IMG/VR virus record: IMGVR_UViG_3300017971_000213
Location: 109,007-129,006 of that record
Reading direction: 5' to 3' (one strand)
Length of the DNA: 20,000 nt
Source of the DNA: an uncultured virus (IMG/VR IMGVR_UViG_3300017971_000213)
Lineage: Duplodnaviria > Heunggongvirae > Uroviricota > Caudoviricetes
Below the pieces are notes generated by a model, which saw only the letters and a list, made by a program, of their open reading frames with translations, ran no database searches and was not told the DNA's origin. The translations under genes and the position numbers were made by a program. Of the stretch, positions 16,297-20,000 are shown piece by piece; the stretch's first letter is position 1, and the number at the start of each line of letters is the position of its first letter.

Positions 16297-17547
16297 GTCG
16301 AGACTTCTAAACCGTCTCACAGACATCGAGGGGATCGGCCAGTCGAGACTTCTAAACCGTCTCGCAGGTATTGTAAGCTGAGGCGATGAACCGTATTGCC
16401 AACACGGCCCGACAGTCGAGACTTCTAAACCGTCTCGCAGGTATTGGAAGCCCGCGAGAGTGAGCGCGTCTCCAGATGAGGCCAAGACGTCGAGACTTCT
16501 AAACCGTCTCGCAGGTATTGGAAGGGCCTCATGGTAGAGGATGTTGTCGGCGCGGTTGGGGGTCGAGACTTCTAAACCGTCTCGCAGGTATTGTAAGAAG
16601 AGCAACGGGCGAAGTGAGGGTACCAAGCACTTTGCGTCGAGACTTCTAAACCGTCTCGCAGGTATTGGAAGGGCGATCCCGAAAAAGATCGCGGCTTGGC
16701 CTCTCAGTCGAGACTTCTAAACCGTCTCGCAGGTATTGTAAGAACTGCGTGTTCGGGCTCCAGCTCAACCCGGCCTCTCAGTCGAGACTTCTAAACCGTC
16801 TCGCAGGTATTGTAAGCTCCGCGCGACGGAAGGGTAACGTCTACATCACCACGTCGAGACTTCTAAACCGTCTCGCAGGTATTGTAAGAGTGGACTGGCA
16901 ACCACTCCAACGGAGAGTGGCGTCCGTCGAGACCTCTAAACCGTCTCGCAGGTATTGTAAACAAGGGACGGTGCGCGCCCTGGGCCAGGCCTCCGGGATG
17001 TCGAGACTTCTAAACCGTCTCGCAGGTATTGGAGGACCCCAACCGGGGAAAGCACAGTAGAAAAGGAATGTCGAGACTTCTAAACCGTCTCGCAGGTATT
17101 GTAAGTCGGGTACCAGCCGAGAAGGTGTGTACCTCTACCATCGTCGAGACCTCTAAACCGTCTCGCAGGTATTGGAAGGGTCGGGTTGCGCGGTGGTCGG
17201 GATTCGACACCTCGGGTCGAGACTTCTAAACCGTCTCGCAGGTATTGGAAGCTGGTGACGCAGGTCCGGGATGGGGCGTTCTGCAAGCTGTCGAGACTTC
17301 TAAACCGTCTCGCAGGTATTGGAAAAAGAGCAACGGGCGAAGTGAGGGTACCAAGCACTTTGCGTCGAGACTTCTAAACCGTCTCGCAGGTATTGGAAGA
17401 CGGAATGCGGCGTGAAGCTGGTGGAGCATCCGGGTGTCGAGACTTCTAAACCGTCTCGCAGGTATTGTAAGCAGGATTTCTCGGTCGAGCGTGCTGAGGT
17501 TGGCCATCTTCGTCGAGACTTCTAAACCGTCTCGCAGGTATTGTAAG
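16297..17547 (-). CRISPR. Type V CRISPR array: 17 full 36-nt repeats plus one partial trailer repeat; 16 spacers of 34-40 nt and one of about 23 nt
   Basis: Minus-strand repeat CTT(A/C)CAATACCTGCGAGACGGTTTAGAAGTCTCGAC with a 3' hairpin CGAGAC/GTCTCG followed by AC. Full repeats start (+ coordinates) at 16342, 16415, 16489, 16562, 16636, 16707, 16781, 16853, 16926, 17000, 17070, 17143, 17216, 17290, 17364, 17436, 17512; partial at 16297. Orientation is inferred from the cas gene, leader and degenerate end. Confidence 0.97.
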
Positions 17548-17713
17548 GGCGCTTCGCCAGATCACAACAATTTCAGCAAGTTTGCTCTATGATTTCGAGC
17601 GGTCCACCACGACTGCCGTCGCGCCCAGAATTTCTTCAATGGTTTCGAGCACCAGGCCTCACCACGACCACAGCGCTCGCCAAATTGTCAAAGAACCAAC
17701 CGACCCGAACCGC
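17548..17713 (-). promoter_or_regulatory. CRISPR leader with boxA-like motif
   Basis: 166-nt gap between the cas stop and the first repeat. GTTCTTTGACAA at 17685-17696; duplicated motifs 50-55 bp apart. Confidence 0.7.
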
Positions 17714-19642
17714 TCACACCGAGGGCTGCGCAGCCTCCTGGGACTTACGCTGCTGAACGATCTTCTTCCCCTTCTTGCGCCCTTTCTGACGTCTCGACAT
17801 CTTCGGCTCGACAGGCACGCTCCCGTCGATCATCTTGAGGGTCTCGTCGTTCCTGTACAGACGCATGATGTTCCGTGCGGCATTCGCATCCTGGTCCCAC
17901 TTCGCACCGCACTCCACGCAGACATGATCGACCTCAGGAATAGCATCCCAGGGCTCCAGGCAACCGCACTCGAAGCACCGCTGGGTGGTCATGCGGGCAT
18001 CGACCCAAACCACGGTCCCTCCGCGCGCGAGGAACGCCTGGACGAACATCATCCGCAGCTCGTAGCATGCGGCCTCTTTCTGCTGGTTGCGCGCGGCCTG
18101 GATCTCCACCTTCTCGCTCTCAGGGGGCTCGTGCTTCTGCGTCTCGGTGAGCTTGAAATCCTCGATCACCAGCACCTTGTACTTCCGGGCCAGCTTGGCC
18201 GCCACCCTCCGGTAGTGGTCCTTACGGCGCCTGAGAGACTTCTGCTCCTGGCTCTCCTTCCACTGCCATAGGTGTCGGTCGCCTCCGTCCCTGCGGCCCA
18301 GGGACTCCTCGTAGGTCCCACTCAGCCAGTCCTTCAGGATCTGGAAGCCCTCTCCGTCTCCATCCCATCTCTTCTCCCCCCACTTGCGGAGGAGCCCAGC
18401 GTAGCGCTTCGGTGACTTCCACGAATGCAGGTATCGCACATCCTCACGGAACCACTCGGGCAGATTCTTCTTGTTCGACTTGATCCACCCCTTGAGACTC
18501 TTCTGCATCTCGTTCTGGTTCAAGGCCCGGATCGACTGAAGACTCTCCACCTTGTCGAACCCCCGGACCACCTCGGGCTCCATGAGCAGCTCGTCTCCGC
18601 GACCCAGCGGGTCCTGGCGGTCTCTCAAGTACGCCGCGTACTCATCCCCGTCCACCAGGTACGCCACCCTGATCTGATCCTCTCCGCGCTTTCTCCAACC
18701 GATGTCGACAGCCACTGCCCCACGTCCACTCCCGAACTCCTCGTGCTGGTACTCAGCAGGGAGGCCCAGGCTGAAGTGCACCGTCCACCGAGGACGATCA
18801 GAGATCATACGCCGCTTCACGACGGCCCACTTGATCCGCACCCCCTGGGGCAGCGGACGGTGCATGATGATAGGGAACTCCGCCCAAACAGGACCTCTGC
18901 TCTTCGTACTCCCCACTCGGAGCCGCATCACCCCACGACGCTTCTTGCGCCGCGTCTTCGACACCACCCCCTCGGGTGGCGGCTCCATGTCTACCTGGAG
19001 GAACGTATCCTCCCCTGAGAAGATCTTCTCCACGGGGTGCTTGTCCCCTTGAAGCTGTACGGCAACCGTACCGTCACCCCTCCACTGGAGAAACTTCGGG
19101 TCGAGAGGTTGTCCGTGCTCGTCCCACATCTTCAGATCTCTCCGCGAATCCTCCATCGCGTTGTCCACCTGAAGGTAGGTTCCCCAGAACAAACCCTCCC
19201 GGCTGAACCCCTGCTGGGCCGCCTGGGACTTTTCCGAAGCTGTCAGGTTCGCCTCGCTCAACCTCTTCTGCAACTCCTCGTCGAGCTTCAACTCCTTCCG
19301 AGCCTCGCTCAACCTCTTCGCCACCTCCTGGGCCGCCTTGCGCGCTTCCTTGACGCGGGCTCGCTGCTCGGCCGTGTCTGAACGCGATCTCGTCTTCGCC
19401 CTCTGACGTTTGAGGTCCTCTGTGGCGCGCTTCAACTCGCTCTTCGCCACCTTGTCCTCTTCGACCAACCCCTCCAAGGCCAGATCACGTTCATCGTAGA
19501 CCTCTCTTACCTTTTCTCTCCGCTCACGCTCGATCTCGATGAGCGCGTTCCGGTACTTATGCGCCAACCTCATCTGCTCCTCCACGAGATCAGCATTGAC
19601 CGTCGGTCCCAGCGGCAACCCGTACACATACGTCTTCGTCAT
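17714..19642 (-). CDS. cas12m: Compact type V CRISPR effector, Cas12m (V-U1/V-M)-like, 642 aa
   Basis: RuvC-I AVAVD313IGWR, RuvC-II LVIE494DF, RuvC-III WDQD585ANAA and zinc ribbon C556/C559/C575/C578. Blocks recalled from Cas12m: QMRLAHKYRN.L..IE, long N-terminal coiled coil, LFWGTY..V, W.GDGTVAVQLQ, MHRPLP, W.SP.R...L, R.D.YR.VAA. Adjacent to the array; GAGGAGG SD. Confidence 0.85.
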   Translation of the reverse strand: MTKTYVYGLPLGPTVNADLVEEQMRLAHKYRNALIEIERERREKVREVYDERDLALEGLVEEDKVAKSELKRATEDLKRQRAKTRSRSDTAEQRARVKEARKAAQEVAKRLSEARKELKLDEELQKRLSEANLTASEKSQAAQQGFSREGLFWGTYLQVDNAMEDSRRDLKMWDEHGQPLDPKFLQWRGDGTVAVQLQGDKHPVEKIFSGEDTFLQVDMEPPPEGVVSKTRRKKRRGVMRLRVGSTKSRGPVWAEFPIIMHRPLPQGVRIKWAVVKRRMISDRPRWTVHFSLGLPAEYQHEEFGSGRGAVAVDIGWRKRGEDQIRVAYLVDGDEYAAYLRDRQDPLGRGDELLMEPEVVRGFDKVESLQSIRALNQNEMQKSLKGWIKSNKKNLPEWFREDVRYLHSWKSPKRYAGLLRKWGEKRWDGDGEGFQILKDWLSGTYEESLGRRDGGDRHLWQWKESQEQKSLRRRKDHYRRVAAKLARKYKVLVIEDFKLTETQKHEPPESEKVEIQAARNQQKEAACYELRMMFVQAFLARGGTVVWVDARMTTQRCFECGCLEPWDAIPEVDHVCVECGAKWDQDANAARNIMRLYRNDETLKMIDGSVPVEPKMSRRQKGRKKGKKIVQQRKSQEAAQPSV

Positions 19643-19685
19643 CTCTTGCCCTCCTCGGCGTACCAGCCCTCATACCAACCTAGCC

Positions 19686-19715
19686 TATATAGCACAGAGA
19701 CACGGCCGCTGTCAA
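19686..19715 (-). promoter_or_regulatory. Promoter of the cas gene (TTGACA-N18-TATATA)
   Basis: Same architecture as the four other promoters; the -10 lies 43 nt upstream of the ATG. Confidence 0.8.
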
Positions 19716-19944
19716 CCCTCAAGCCCATCTGGGTCTTCGTCAGAGGTTGGCGCAACCCTACCTGGGTTACCTTGGGTTGGGGTACCACTTGGCGCGGAGC
19801 GCCTACCTTGTGGTGAACCCCTGGTAGACCAGTCGCCGCAGGCGACGATCCTTACAACAACCCTACCTCGGTACCTCAACCCCTCCGTAGATGTTCTCGA
19901 ACCTCGTACACTTCAACCTACCTTGCCGCCGCCCCTTGCGACCT

Positions 19945-20000
19945 CCATCAAGTACCCATCAAGTACCCATCAAGTACCCATCAAGTACCCATCAAGTACC
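19945..20000. repeat. 11-bp perfect tandem repeat (CCATCAAGTAC)n, at least 5 copies, running off the window
   Basis: Units start at 19945, 19956, 19967, 19978 and 19989. Confidence 0.95.

Noticed and set aside
17106..17142. Self-targeting of the cas 5' UTR (GTACCAGCC shared with 19660-19668)
   Set aside because: Only 9 contiguous nt, at the PAM-distal end. No convincing protospacer for any spacer was spotted within the window by eye.
17179..17215. tRNA-like GGGATTCGA in a spacer, and tRNA genes generally
   Set aside because: Only a short T-arm-like word with no cloverleaf. No tRNA or rRNA was recognised in the window.
16255..17507. ORFs overlapping the array (for example 16255-16626, 16665-17060, 17226-17507)
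   Set aside because: They are translations of repeats and spacers, with recurring VETSKPSRRY and PARRFRSLD peptides.
16342..17547. Plus-strand, class 1-type array orientation suggested by the ATTG(T/G)AAG end
   Set aside because: The leader, boxA-like motif, cas gene direction, degenerate trailer and invariant 3' hairpin plus AC all favour the minus strand, and no class 1 genes are present.
17582..19381. Plus-strand ORFs opposite cas, and plus-strand ORFs across the window generally
   Set aside because: They are antisense shadows in GC-rich DNA. The minus strand is fully tiled with SD-led, coupled genes.
17714..19642. IS200/IS605 TnpB transposon protein
   Set aside because: It is much longer than typical TnpB (about 400 aa), has no tnpA or visible IS ends, has Cas12m-like N-terminal blocks, and abuts a leader plus a multi-spacer array.
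17714..19642. Cas12j (CasPhi) or CasLambda assignment because of the phage context
   Set aside because: It is shorter than those (about 700-800 aa) and the recognisable motifs match the V-U1/Cas12m pattern. Phylogeny is needed to be definitive.
17548..19944. tracrRNA or anti-repeat
   Set aside because: No segment complementary to the repeat was seen by eye in the leader or upstream of cas, consistent with a tracr-independent effector.

Overview
This window looks like a segment of a GC-rich bacteriophage or prophage genome. About 45 short, tightly coupled genes all lie on the minus strand, driven by five copies of one sigma70-like promoter type. Recognisable products are an ATP-grasp (R2K/DUF4343-like) protein, a T4 Imm-like superinfection immunity protein missed by the ORF track, an RHH regulator, a J-domain/zinc-finger protein, an HNH endonuclease and a LexA DNA-binding-domain-only protein. 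The standout is a compact type V CRISPR-Cas locus at the right end. It has a 642-aa Cas12m (V-U1/V-M)-like effector with a canonical D-E-D RuvC triad, a leader with a boxA-like motif, and an array of 17 full 36-nt repeats plus one partial repeat. No cas1, cas2, cas4 or tracrRNA is visible in the window, and the cas gene uses the same promoter type as the other phage genes. The window ends in a non-coding tract with an 11-bp tandem repeat. All family assignments are by eye from motifs; no database searches were run.
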